A stretch of DNA of 63,508 nucleotides, filler included, from Intoshia linei (taxonomy: Eukaryota > Animalia > Orthonectida), in NCBI GenBank assembly GCA_001642005.1. It is 6 parts of 6 records of this genome, joined end to end, with 100 filler letters (N's around TTAATTAATTAA, not from the genome) between each part and the next. Parts side by side here need not be neighbours in the genome. Positions count along the whole stretch, not along the records: positions 1 to 15,886 come from LWCA01000891.1; positions 15,987 to 30,510 come from LWCA01000962.1; 4 more parts are not named here. One strand, written 5' to 3'. The position numbers and the translations under genes are program-made. Below, one piece after another: positions 13,838 to 27,300 of the stretch (the first letter of the stretch is position 1; each line of letters starts with the position of its first letter). The notes under the pieces are model-generated. The model saw only the letters and a list, made by a program, of their open reading frames with translations, was not told where the DNA came from and ran no database searches.

Positions 13838-15886
13838 CAGTGGCGACTCTGAGGTCAAAACGTTACTCGAGCTAAACACAGTACCATAGAAACGAAACAT
13901 ATATAAACTTAATATCACTACAATTAATTAACTTTAAATTAAATTTTATTATCTATAACTATTATTTATACATATATTCTAATAAACGTGGTTTAAAAAA
14001 TCCGAGAATGTAGTTTTCCATTAATCTCCATTTCTTTTAACAATTCCTTTTCAATAGATATTCTGGCCATACTGGAGAGTCTATCGTGCACCATTGTACA
14101 CCTCAGATATGATCTAATTTTATTGAGCGTCAAAAAACTTCTTTCATTAGAAAGCGAAGTTATAGGGATAGTGAGTAATAATTCCATACATTTTACACTC
14201 TCTGGTAAGACATTTAACAGATCAGTTATATATATATTCCAATAATTTCTGAATTGAGGTACATTTCTCAAAATCTCCATCGGCGTATATAAACTGGACC
14301 GCAAAACTATGTGCAAACTTCAAATTTTGCCATTAAATATATTTATATTATTCTAAATTAACTCTTATCATGACATGTCAATATGACGTTGAATCTTAAC
14401 TAATATGCAAAATTTTGTCACATTTTATCATCTAATTAACTAAATAATTAACAATTTAATTTTACATTCTAAAATTTTTGTCGCAAAACTATGTGAAATT
14501 ATATTTTTTAATTGAGTTATTATAGATAGAGCTATATAGATAGAGCTATTATAGAAACTTTTTTTTAAAATGCCAAAACGTGGTAACTTATCAGAAATTG
14601 AACAATATGTAATACAATCTCTTACAGAAGAAAAGGTACCTATTGGCCAAATTGCAGATAGATTAGGGAGATAATATAGCTACATAAAAAATTGCTTTCT
14701 GAGCAGTAAGCTTTACACTCGTGGAGGTGGAAGACCTCAATTATTGAATGATAGAACGAAAAGGCATATCTGCCTTGAACTGTAAAAGATGATTCTCCTA
14801 CTGCAGCACGTTTAATAGCTGATTTGAATCTCAATGTCTCAGAAAATACGGTGTACAGGTAATATATATAATTATATTATCAAAAAAATTTAGATTTTTG
14901 GTTAAAAATGGTAACAAATATGTCCCATATTTTGGAGCACCATTATTATCACCACTTAATAAGAAGAATAGATTAAAATGGGCAAAGGAAACGCTATTAA
15001 AATTAACAACAAAAAAATTAAACTTGGAACAGGTAATATTCTTAGACAAAAAGAGAGTTTTACTCAACGGTCTGGATAGATGTCGAAAATATTGGGCAAA
15101 ACACAATGAGATTTGAAAATTTTTCGGAAAAAAACTATTCTCGAAAAGCATTGTGGTATGGACAGGAATAGAATTAAACGGTACAACATCTATTTATTTT
15201 ACCGACCAAAATGTAAATTCAGATGTATATATAGACATATTGACCAAATTCTATCTTCCTTTTTATCAAAACGATTTTATATTGATGCAGGACAACGCCA
15301 GGCCTTATGTTTCAAAAAAAGTATGGGGTTTATACGTAAAAATAACATACAAGTTCTTGATTGGCCACCATACAGTCCTGATTGCAACCCCATTGAGAAC
15401 CGGTTCGTCTATACCCTGGAACTAAAGTGTATCATAATAATATTGAATTAAAGGCAGAAATTAAATGTATATGGGATGCCCTTGACATACAGGAAATAAA
15501 AAAATTGGTAGAATCATTTCCCTCAAGATTGGTCGAAGTGTTAGAAGCAAAAGGAGGAAATATAACCAAGTATTAAAATTGTTGTTATATATAAATAAAT
15601 TACCTTTTTTGTATATTTTATGCGTTTTTCACATAGTTTTGAGTCATATTTCGAAGTTTAAATTTTAATTGTTAGTTATTTAGTTAATTTATTGATGGAA
15701 TTTCTCGAAATTTTTAATACAAGTTAATAATCAGTATTATATTAAGATGTAAATAAAAATATATCAAAAATATCAGGATACAATGAGTTCAACGCCGATA
15801 TATGATAAGCCGGAAATAAAATAGAAAATTCTTTGAATTTGGTGATATCAATTAATTCGAAAAAATTGTATTCTTCCATAAAAGCA
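13838..15886 (-). mobile_element. Decayed hAT transposon interrupted by a Tc1-family element
   Basis: Terminus CAGTGGCGACTC at 13838. Dimerisation-domain sequence LLTIPITSLSNERSFLTLNKIRSYLRCTMVHDRLSSMARISIE. Upstream coding sequence (FPAYHISALNSLYPDIF) resumes at about 15760-15886. Confidence 0.8.
14292..15735 (+). mobile_element. Tc1/Tc3-like DDE transposon, frameshifted transposase 14570-15576 with a 35-nt intron
   Basis: MPKRGNLSEIEQ start, HTH LNVSENTVYR|FLVKNG, VIFLD, MQDNARP, WPPYSPDCNPIEN, AKGGNITKY*. Long imperfect TIRs carry the internal repeat CAAAACTATGTG (about 14302 and 14484; inverted at about 15628). Right TIR truncated. Confidence 0.88.
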
Positions 15887-15986
15887 NNNNNNNNNNNNNN
15901 NNNNNNNNNNNNNNNNNNNNNNNNNNNNNNTTAATTAATTAANNNNNNNNNNNNNNNNNNNNNNNNNNNNNNNNNNNNNNNNNNNN
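15887..15986. other. Artificial 100-nt assembly spacer
   Basis: N44-TTAATTAATTAA-N44; stop codons in all six frames. Confidence 0.95.
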
Positions 15987-16547
15987 TTTAACGACTTATT
16001 TATCAAACCTACTGAAATTGAGTGTTTGGTGGCTAAATATAATTGAGATCGATTTGAATATTAGTTAAACAGTTTAATCAATTTTATTTTATCATTAATC
16101 GAAAAATCTTTTTCTCTTCAAATTCATATTAAATGGTTACTTTTCTGAAATTTATAAGTCACGTAATAGAAAATTAATACAAATTTATGTTTATTTACAT
16201 AAATTCATATTAAAAATTTTTTCTCACAATAAATACTATACAAATGTAACTTTTATTTTCATGAAATTCATATAAGCGTGAATTCAAATTAAACAGAAAC
16301 CACTGTACTAACATTATTATTCAATTTTACAATATATCCAGATAAGCAATCCAAGAGAATGTTCGTAATTTAATAGGGAGCTGTGATGCAGTTTTTAAAA
16401 GTAAAAATACTAATTTTAAAAAACAAGGGTTCCAAAATTGAAATGTGTTCTGAATAAATTGGTTTTTGAAAAAATTTACTTGAAAATGGAAATTTTTAAT
16501 AACTTTGAAATCAGTAAATTTTCTTAAAAATGTCTATAAGTTTGTTA

Positions 16548-17340
16548 TCCTTACTTATATAATATGCAATATTTGTTTGTGTGTGTTACTTATTATTTCA
16601 ATAACTACCACATTTCAAGAACATTTTTTTTGCGGTGTTAGCAAAATAAATTTCAACCTCCTAAACTCACATCTTACGGGTATAAAAGCCCAATTGCCCT
16701 TTTTTTGAAAATCAAACGAGTTCGGTAATTTAAAAAAATATATACTCTGATACGGATTTTAAAATATAAAATTAAATTAAAATAAACATTATCATAAATT
16801 TAAATTTAAAAAAAATATATCTTCACGTCCAAATCTCCAAATTACCTTTTTTTTATGAAAACAGCCATAGAATTTAAAAAAATTTACACGTGGTAAAGTT
16901 TTATCCTTTAAAACACACAAAAAATTTAAAAATAATTTTAAATATATATATAATATATCAACCAATATTTTCCAATTATTTCGAATAAAATTAAAAAATT
17001 GTAAATATTGATCCTACAATTTAAAAAAAAATGTGCATTAAACGTCTACACATTTACAATAAAGAAATATGGGTGAAAATCTATATAATTCATTCCTTCG
17101 CAATTTTTCAATTTTAAATTATCATTTTCAAACATTTTGTTTAAAATTAAAATTTAAACTACAACAACGAAACGAAAAGTAATACAACTTTGTTATTATC
17201 ATTTTTATATTTATTACAATTCTTTGCAATATTGGTAAAATTCACCTGAAATATGTTTATAAAGTGAAGATTCGGTTAATTAGTGATACATAATTGGTAT
17301 TTTAAGAATTTATTAAATTGGTACTGAATATATATTATCA
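16548..17340 (+). mobile_element. Helitron, 3'-truncated copy
   Basis: A|TCCTTACTTATATAAT start, internal blocks shared with the 9321 copy, no hairpin/CTAG end. Confidence 0.75.
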
Positions 17341-18177
17341 GTATGACAGTTTTTTATGGCAAATGCAATTTTTTATATGATAATCAGGACAAAATTACAA
17401 GCATCATGATATAAATATCATGTTTATTAATTAGCTAATTAACAATTTATAAAGTCAATATTTTTTTTAAAGGATATTCGACTTAAAAAAATGATATTAG
17501 GATATAATGAACAATAAAATTAAACAAATACCACCTTATCTATACAATTTATTAAAGGGGTCAGTGAGATTCAAATAAAATAAAAAAATAAAAATACTAG
17601 CCTAGACGACCGTTATTATTATTTTGAAAATCCCACTTTTATCATACCATAAATAAAATTTAATAAAAAATACCATTTCACATTCTCATGGAAAATCCCC
17701 CTTTTTCAAATATTTTTTTGAAAAATCCGATTTTACAAAATCTTATGAGCAACAACTTCTTAATCCAAAACAAAAAATTCAATTTTTTCATAAATATTTT
17801 CAAATAATGGTCCGTACACTATTTAAATCGGAAACAAATTGCTTAGTACCTTTGGTAAAAATAAGAAAGTTTACAACATAGAAATGACAACAAATGAACT
17901 TCATTTTGTGTAAATATTTGAAAACTTTTCCTAAAATTTTAAGATTAAAGGTCAAAATGCAGCTAAACTAAATGAAAAACAATTTAATGTCACTAAACGT
18001 AATTAAAAACAATAAACAGATTCAAAATTAAAATTTTATAATGAAAAATATTTCCACAATATACTCCACACTAAATATATTTATTAGATCACTGCAAAAG
18101 TTATGCGCAATACTGCGGACCGTTTTTATTAACCTTTGTACAAGTACAATGTTCGTGAATTTAATTGTAGTTTATAA

Positions 18178-19152
18178 TTATGTCATAAAATTACCATTTA
18201 AGTACACTTCAAATGCATTTGTTGCCACAAAATACCCTTCAGCAAATTGAATTACAAAGAATAAAATGAAACAAGTAGAACACTTATTTTGAATTGCATA
18301 GTAATAGCAATCAGGTGTCGGTAATTTAAGCAGTATAAAAATGTTGAATTCAAATATAATGACACATAATGCCAGCATCTTTAACATAAAAAGTAGATAA
18401 GCTATTTGTATATACGGGAAAGAGGTCGGGTGCAAAATTCCTATAATATTGAGTTCAGGAAATTTATATTTTAATTGGTTTGCATAGTTTTCAAAAACAT
18501 TTCTGTATCCTCAGGAAGAGCTAAAAAATATATTTAAATGTCGCAGATATAAAAATAGAACTAAAAATTTATGAAACATAAATATATCATAAAATCACAA
18601 TTTTAGACAACTTTATGCCAATTGAAACATATTTCCCCCTTTGTAATTGAAATCATAAGTTAAATGAATTAGTTACAACCAGAGACGAACCTACCAAGTT
18701 CGAGATCCCCCGAAAATGAAAAATAGGTCGTTAAAAAAGTTTCACTAATGATGCGTAGCACACTACTAGTGTCATATAGCCCTAGACACCTCTAAGTCTC
18801 TTGACTTAATATTTACAATATAACACGAAATAGTTCTGCTATTCAAGAATATAATTTTTTTAATGTTCAATTTAAAAAATGAGGCCCAATTTTACCAAAA
18901 TTAATTGAATACAATTATTATAATAATTATGAATATGGAAACACAAAGGACAACAAAATTCCAGTTTAATTAAAACATGTAAAATACTTAAATTTGAAAT
19001 TAAGGGACTGAATTTGATAAACTTTTAAAATATTACCAATAACTAAATTTTAAAACTGGATCGTTGCGAAATTGAACTTCTTTTAAATTTTGAGATACAT
19101 TTAACAAAGAACATGTAATCAGCAAAAACAAAGTAAAGAAAATCGACGCCAT
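18178..19152 (-). CDS. SELENOT: Selenoprotein T (thioredoxin-like Rdx family) with in-frame UGA; 3' end uncertain
   Basis: Exon 1 19152..19037 (MASIFFTLFLLITCSLL...DPVLKFSY-TG) splices GT-AG to exon 2 at 18520, giving C-S-S-(TGA 18513..18511)-GYRNVFENYANQLKYKFPELNIIG...QNKCSTCFILFF...ATNAFEVYLN. This is collinear with the SelT pattern PLLKFQICVSUGYRRVFEEY...STGAFEITLN. Confidence 0.9.
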
Positions 19153-19307
19153 TGCTTCTTTAACTATCCATGTTAATAAAATTTATCAATGTCTTTAAAA
19201 TGTTTGACTAGATTTAGTTAAATAATAAGTAACCACGACAAATTATATGGTTTGAATATATCTTTATTTGTTAACTTCGTATTTATGTAATTTATAATTA
19301 ATAAATT

Positions 19308-20040
19308 CTATCTTGACTGTTATGTAAATAGCACAAACAGCAGCTAGCTCTGCAGATGATCGATAAAAAATAAAATTTTAAATAATATAAAGATAATGCT
19401 TATGATTTTAAAAACCATATCAGAATTTATGTTGTATAAAATTCTAGGACTTTTTTGATTTTTAAAAAAAAAGGTAATTTGTGGTTTTGGCAATGAAATT
19501 GTGCGGTTCTGAGGCTGATATTTACGATAGTGTTAATGATTTTAGAATAAACGTCCCAGAATTTATGTTTTATTACATTTTTGGGCATATTTTATTTTAA
19601 AAAAAAAATGGAAAATTGGGGTTTTCACCCTGAAGGGCTCAAATTCGGAAAATGAAACATAGATATAAACATTACCTGCGAAAAACTGTAATAGAAATTT
19701 AGTGTTTTAAAGGTTTGTATATAGTGACACACAACATTCAATTTTATATATAACTTGTGTATCCTTCCTTACTTATATAATATGCTTAGTTTTCCTGTGT
19801 GTTATCGTTTATTTCAATAACTACCAGTCTTAAAATTTTATAAAGTCCACATTTCAATTACAGTTTTTTTCCGGGTTATTAGCAAAATAAATTTAACCTC
19901 CCAAACTTACATCTTACACGTCAAAAAGCTTAATTGTCATTTTTTTGAAAATCAAACGAGTTCGAGTATCTAAAAAAATATACACTCTGATACGGATTTT
20001 AAAATCATAAATAGTATTATAAATTTAAATTTAAAAAAAT
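19308..20040. mobile_element. Two Helitron copies head to head (minus about 19308-19750; plus from 19767)
   Basis: Degenerate hairpin/3' end on the minus strand at 19308-19355; TCCTTACTTATATAAT 5' end at 19767. Confidence 0.65.
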
Positions 20041-21348
20041 ATATATATACAAATATATGTATAGTGAAAATGTATATAAGTAAAGGATACATGTAGAAGC
20101 CGCTTATCATGATCAATTTGAGAAGATAAATTAATATTAATTATTAAACTTGTTATGTTAACATGTGAAATATTCAAAAAGGCGACTCACCAAAAAAAAT
20201 TGAAAATTTTTAATTAAATCTCAAAATAAAAGATAAAATTTCGTGCATAATCTGTACCAATTAATTTAATGAATGAAATGAATGTTTTGTTTAACGAATA
20301 TGGCATTTTCGTTAAATTAGATTTTGACTGTATTTATAAGTGTGACAATAAAATCATAATGTTACATCCAAGACTTGAATAAATAGGTAAATTTTATGCT
20401 TTGCTTTATGATGTGATTGTTGATATTGTTAATCCATTTAAAAATTTTTGGAAATGATAAATAAGTTTGATAAATGATATTAATCAGTATATATTGACCG
20501 ATTATGTTGATTATCACCCTTGAAATCATATTAAACTCAGAAAAATAATAATTTGTTCTATAATGTGCAATAAACTATAACCCACATTTTTATATACAAA
20601 CAATTGAGTGAATAGTTTCGGTAATCATAATAATTATTATAATTAGCATAAATGACAACTATCAAGTGTTGTACAGTCTAAATCCTATTTAACGGAATTT
20701 TTAGAACTCAAAAATTTAGGAATTCCGCTAAACAGTATGTTTAGCGATGTTTTTCTATATAAACGTCATATTTAACCGAATTAATTTAAAAATTAAAATT
20801 ATTAACAGTCAGCGACAGCTAGTATGCTAGGAAAAATAAAATATTTAATACTCAATATAAATTTCATTTCAAAAAAATATATTTTAATATCTCTTAACTT
20901 AATCACTATTTTAGATTAGAAAGTAACTATAATTCTAAAAATTGAGTATATAATTGAAAAAATATTCATAACTTTGATTTGAGATTTTTATTAAATTTTG
21001 TTTTTCAGGTATTTACCTGAAAATATCACCCTAAACCGTGTTGAACTCTAATAGAAACAAATATAATATCATAGTATATTTCAATAGTTTAAATATTCAA
21101 TGAAAAATCACTGACAAATCATTCTGCTGATTCTAATCCAGTTATTAAAAGATCATGAATTATGCTATTAATTTAATAGTTAACAAATTGAGAAATTGTA
21201 ACATGTTCTACATTATTTTGTATTTTGGAATCTCTTTTGATAATGTAGTCTAAGTTATTCATTAATAAATAAAGAGTACTATAATTTAGATTCATTTACT
21301 TTATAAATAAATTTATATTAACATTTTATGTACATTATTTCATAAAAA

Positions 21349-24300
21349 ATGACAAATTCTACAAATTCAATAAAATTTTCAGATGTTTTGAAAATTGCTT
21401 CAAATAAGACTGATTATCTAGTAGTCGGATTTGCAGGAATACCTGAAAACATTTTGTTTAATTTAGCTGCGTCATTGGTAATGTCTTAATCCAATTTATA
21501 ATGTCAATTCCTTATTATACATTTTTATTTTAAACGTTTAGATTTTGTTGGTCATTTTCTTTGTTCTACGGAAAAGTATAAGCCATGACAAGACGGTTAT
21601 TATGTCCCAAGCGTATTTTTCAATTTATACGATTATAAATTATATAATTATTTACACATAATTTGTATATGATGGTATCTTTACAGCATGTTGATAATGG
21701 TCGTGCCATACGAACCTCATAAGTTATGAGGTATTATGAGTCATAACACTTTAAGTTATGTTTTAAAAAAATAAAACTTTCCAATATATATAATACATCC
21801 AATAAAACCCATGCACATTTTACAATGTACATTGTACATATAATTGCATAATTATAAGTATTAGATGAGAAATTAATATTTTTTCTTTGAAAACAGCTGT
21901 TCATTGTACATTTATACACTGAATTTGTAAACAATTCAAATTTCATAATTTATTTAATTTTATCCTAGAAGACAAGAATCGATTGAACCATTAATTAATA
22001 CAAGTAAAGGCTCACTTGAAACTACAGTATAATTTTTTGATATTATGTACAACAACATTTTAAATATTAAAATATAATTAATATGGATAATTTATGCAAT
22101 ACGTGAATAAATGACTACTAGTAGTAGTTTACTACTATATTATTAAATTTATGATAAATTGCAATTGAGTTACAGTATATTGTAATTGTAATGATTTTTA
22201 TTGATAATGAAATGAAATCAATAGTTGTTGAATTCAATTATATGTATGTTCTTTAAACAGTCAACATTTTACTTCGATTGGTTTGATTAATTTTAATCCT
22301 AATTGGAAAATTGAAAATAAAAAATTTTTAATTATATTTTGACACTTATTAATTAATATACTAATTTTATAGTAAATTACAATATATTTTTTCAATCATG
22401 TAAATTGGTAGTTTTTAGCTATTTTTATCATGTAAGATATTTTTTAAATTTTGTTCAATGTACAATATACATTAGGACTGTTCCAATTTGGACTTTATTT
22501 TTTTTATAAATATAAATAAGACATATATAGATAATAATCTCCATTTAATTTGCTGTAGAATAATATAAATTTTTTCATAGTATAAAAAATAGCATAGATC
22601 ATGTGACACTAATCATATTAATTAAAAAAAATCAATAAAAAATCGTTTATTTTAGACACAGTTCACGGACAAACGTTTCGTCATATTTAAAAAAATTATA
22701 TAATTTCAAAAAAATACATGAATTTATATAAACTGGGTCAAAATATTTTAAATGCTTCTACTCAAATATTTTTAAGTACTATTGTAAAAAAATAATTTTA
22801 AAAATCCTAACTTATATAAAATGCGACGCGATTTTTGTTCGTGTGTGTGTCTGTCTGTGTGTCTTATTTTATTGAAATAACTAGCACTCTTAGAATTTTT
22901 TAAAGACCACATTTTAATTACAGTTTTTTCCGGGACGTATAATAAGATAAATTTCAATCCTCCAAGTTCACATTTTAAGGGTCAAAACCCCTGTTGTCCC
23001 TCTTTTTGAAAATTAAACGAGTTGGAGAATTTAAAAAAATATATACGCTGATGCGGATTTTAAAATCATGAACATTATCATAATTTTAAAAAAATGATAT
23101 TTTTATGGCCAAAACCACAAATTCCCTTCTTTTTTTTGAAAACAGCCCCAGAATTTCAAAAAATTTACAGGTGGTAGAGTTGTATCATGTTAACACACAT
23201 AAAAAATTTCAATCCGAATAAGTGACGACTTCATGGTCAAAAAAGCATTTTAGTATTTATATATTTTTTTTTCCGAAATATTTTATTAAAACAAAAAATA
23301 TGAAATAATCAACGGTCCGAAAATTTAAAAAAAGGATTATTCTGATACAGCTTATTTTATTTGATATAAATACAAAATTTTAACTTCAGAAATCTAGGTA
23401 TTCCCGGTGAAAAATAATTTATAATATATTATTAACCAATATTTTTCAAATATTTCTGAAACAAATTTGGGAATCACTTTTTTAAAGGATTGATAATAGT
23501 GAATAGTAGGATTTTTAAGTTAGATTTTCAACATAAATTTTTTGGTATAATAAAAGAGTGCTTTCGGCAGGGCTAGGTGCTGTTTGTACGTACTACAAAA
23601 CTGCTAAGCTAGTAAGTTTATAATATTAAGAGTAAAATGAATTTAAAAATGATAAAATTTAATTTATCACTTTTGTGAATATTTTATTACCGTAGATCAG
23701 TGCTTTCCAACCGGTGTGTAGTGACACTTGTGTGTGTCGCCAAATTTAAAATTTTATTTAATTCCATTAGCAGAAAATACACTTGGAAGACGTAAAAATG
23801 TAAATCAAAGATATTTTTAGTGATGATGATAAATGATACATAGCCTATTTTCAGATTATTAATAGAAAAAAATTGGTTCCTGATATTTATTAATCAATCG
23901 TTTATTTTTTGAGATTGAAATATGTGTCGCCAACCAAAAATGGTTCGAAAGCACTGCCGTAGATACTATTTATATTTCTTAACTTTTACATAATTTTTTT
24001 ACATAAGTACATTAATACATATAAAATTGGTACGAATTTAAATTAAATTGAAATCAACTAACAAATATGAATTAAATTTGTTTATAGTTTTTGAACATAT
24101 ATTTTTAACTTTAATAGTTAATTTACTAACATTAATTAATGTCGAAAATGATCTTTCACAAGGTTCAATGGTCATTATTATACCGTTTGATTCAAAAAAA
24201 TATCAAAATATTTGGGAAATTTCTTGTACACTTTCAAATGATGAAATCTTTTCAATATTCGACATTTTTAAAAGTTTTATAAATTCAGATAAATTGAAAA

Positions 24301-27300
24301 TTGGTATTACAATGTAATTTATATTGGTATTTAAATTTATTAAACACAACAACGGATTATTAAAATTTTCAAGAAACTAACTGAGAAATCATAAAATCAA
24401 AACTTTTAACTTCAAGATTGGGGGTTTTTTGGATAAAAATTAAAAATATTAATATCATTTTGCAGCAAAATTAAGCGGCACTCATTTTCTATAAGTAACA
24501 GTAATTTTTATATTAGAAAAATAGAATAACCCTAATGTACATTTCATAATTTTTATCATATTGACAATAAAAACTACAATGATTATAATCAATTTTTTAA
24601 TAAATACTTATCGATTAAAATTTAAATTGATATTTTCTGTTAGGTTTTGATAAAATTAGGGAGTTTCCGTAATACATGTATGATTTTTTTGATTTTCGTT
24701 AGTTCTCAGTTGGTAAAATTGTATTTTTTATCTTAGTTTTAGTAAAAATGGATTTTTAAAAAGAATATTAGAAAATATTTATGCCTAAAATCTTTTTAAA
24801 ATTGGATTTAATGATGTTTTACCCTTACCCTTTCACTGTCTGATGCAATTTTATGTACTATCACCACACGTCTGGAATTTATGTTTTAATTTAAACCTGT
24901 ATTATTTTAAATTACTTATGTGAAAATGTATGAAAATAAAAGAATTAACTTTTAAAATTATGCTGCTATATAATAGAATACACAGACGTGTGAAGTGAAA
25001 TTGCTGTGAATAGTATAGAATACACAGACAATGAAAGGGTTAATAACATTAACACTATGCGTATTATATACTTCATATGCAGTAGTTGGAAAATATAGAA
25101 ATTCTAACGAATTTTAAATGTTACCAGTGGTATGCGTAGCATGTGGTAACTTACCCCCTCATAGTGCTAAATTAATATAAGGTGAACTCCTTTGAAAAGT
25201 ACTGTTTTAAGTTGTTTCTGGTGAAACAACTTATAAAACTAAAATCAACTTAGTTGAGAAACCAGAATGATACAATAATAATGATAATATTTAGCAATAT
25301 GAAGAAAAACGAAAATATTTTTGGCAAATTACGTAAAATTATATTTAATTTACATTAGAAATTTTGGTTGACGGAATTCGTTTCCAAAAAATAAATTCTG
25401 TCAGCTTAGTAGTTCTTAACTGGGCTGCATGCAGTGCACCCTACTTTTAGTTATGATTTGTAAATGAAAATCCTTACTTATAATGTAAAAATTAGTAAAA
25501 ATCTGTGTGTGTGTTTTTCTGTTTGTGTTTATGTGTAACCATTTAATTAGAAACCATAAAAGTCCTAGAAATAAAATACTAATAATAATAATAATAAAAC
25601 ACAAATTCCAAATTATTTTATCAAGGCTAAGCTATCTCAAAAATTTTTTTTATCTGAAATTTTCACCTTCACTGTCAATGTGATACTAATCAAAACCTTG
25701 AAACTCTAAAATATATTTTGTTATAATCTGCAATGAATGCCAATTTTTGGAACGGTTTACCTTCCTTTTATTTCACTTTTCCTCCATAAAACATTTTAGT
25801 TCAAATAACAAAAAAAATTACATATTAACTGAATTTATAATCAAATCAGAGTGGATGAAATGAAAAAAATAAATAGTATACTCAGAACCGCATCTACCTA
25901 GCTCGATACTACCGAAAATGAAGAATAGCCGTTAAATTTTTTTTGCATACGATGCGTAGGTGAACATTCAGTTGAGCCACATACATTTAAGCAATGTATT
26001 GTTAGAGCGATACGTCTTTGAGCGATATAATCATAGATTGTGCTAATTAATCACATTATTGATTTTTGGACCAATTTTTTTGGGTTCCTTTAAGGATAAA
26101 TTTTTTTCATCATAATTTTAAAGATTTTGAAAATATTTTTGGGATCAAAATTTGGTAGGAGTTTTATGGTGAGTTTTTTTTGTCTAATTTTTAATGATTC
26201 TGAAGATAATTTTTCGACCAAAATTTTGAACAGTTTATTTTGGGAATATTTTTAACATTTGAAGAGATAATCAAAACCTTTAAAAATTGGGCGATGAAAA
26301 ATTTATCGCTTTATCGCTCAAATGAATGTCGATCTGAACTATAAATTCTGAACGGTGGTCGAAACGCCCTCTTGAGGGCGATTTTTCTATTTTATTTCAG
26401 AAAATACGTAATCTAAAATTTTTTTTAATATAATTAAAATTAATTAATAAACATTTAACATATAATATCTAAAAAGAGTTAATAAATTATAAATTTGTCA
26501 AAATCTTAAGTATTTTCAGATAGTTAATTTATTTTTAATTAATAATAATCGATGTTTAAATAGTATACATTTTTTATATTGTCAAGTATAAAATTATAAT
26601 TGTAAATTATTTTAATACTCCATCATGTCTAAAATAACAAAAAAGTATTGACACATTCTTGTAAGCCGTAATTGTTAAATTGACCAATAAATATATGTAG
26701 AGGACAAAATAATAGTCCATCTTGTCTGTAATATTTAAAAAATTTTTAAGAGAATTATTGGTTCTATGGGTTGATTCTTTAAAAAATTGAATAACTGTTA
26801 CAACTTGTTCATGAATTATGGAGGGCGAATATTAGAAAACAAGAAAATATTAGAAAAAGAGGATTTTTCATCGGAGTGGAGAGGATTGGTAAAATTGGAA
26901 CTTTTATTTTGGTATTTGATTAAGTTATTTAATTTATTTGTAGTTAGTTAATTATTAAATTTTATTAATGGTGGGATAAAAGTAGGATTTTTGAAATAAT
27001 AATGTAGCGGTCGTCTATGCTTTGGCTAAATTCTAAAAATCTGACAACTCTGCAATAAATATTAAAAATTCTCCCGTAAAATAAACTACTTTTCTCTTCT
27101 CTCCGTTAAAAATGAATAAAAATGAAAAAGGTCTACCAGGGTAAAATAAGTATTATCCCTTTAACCCTCTAATCTATAAAATAAAGAATAAACTAAAATT
27201 GATAAATTTTTTTTATATTTTATAAGAATCTCACGGACCCTAGGCATATAGATTTGAACCACAACCGAGAAACACTGCTTTAGAGAATGAACGTTGATGG

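Noticed and set aside
15931-15942. TTAATTAATTAA palindrome as a biological motif
   Set aside because: It is centred in identical N-spacers five times, so it is a synthetic linker.
17365-17425. AUGA...UGAU motif on the minus strand as the SelT SECIS
   Set aside because: Spacing between the two core halves is far too short for helix II plus an apical loop.
20200-21262. Possible gene divergent from TMEM63
   Set aside because: No stop-free spliced model or recognisable motif could be built.
22476-22500. Candidate TMEM63 micro-exon (W)TVPIWTL with a non-canonical donor
   Set aside because: No GT or GC donor follows, and TAGGACTGTTCCAA resembles the hATm-like MITE terminus at 51956.
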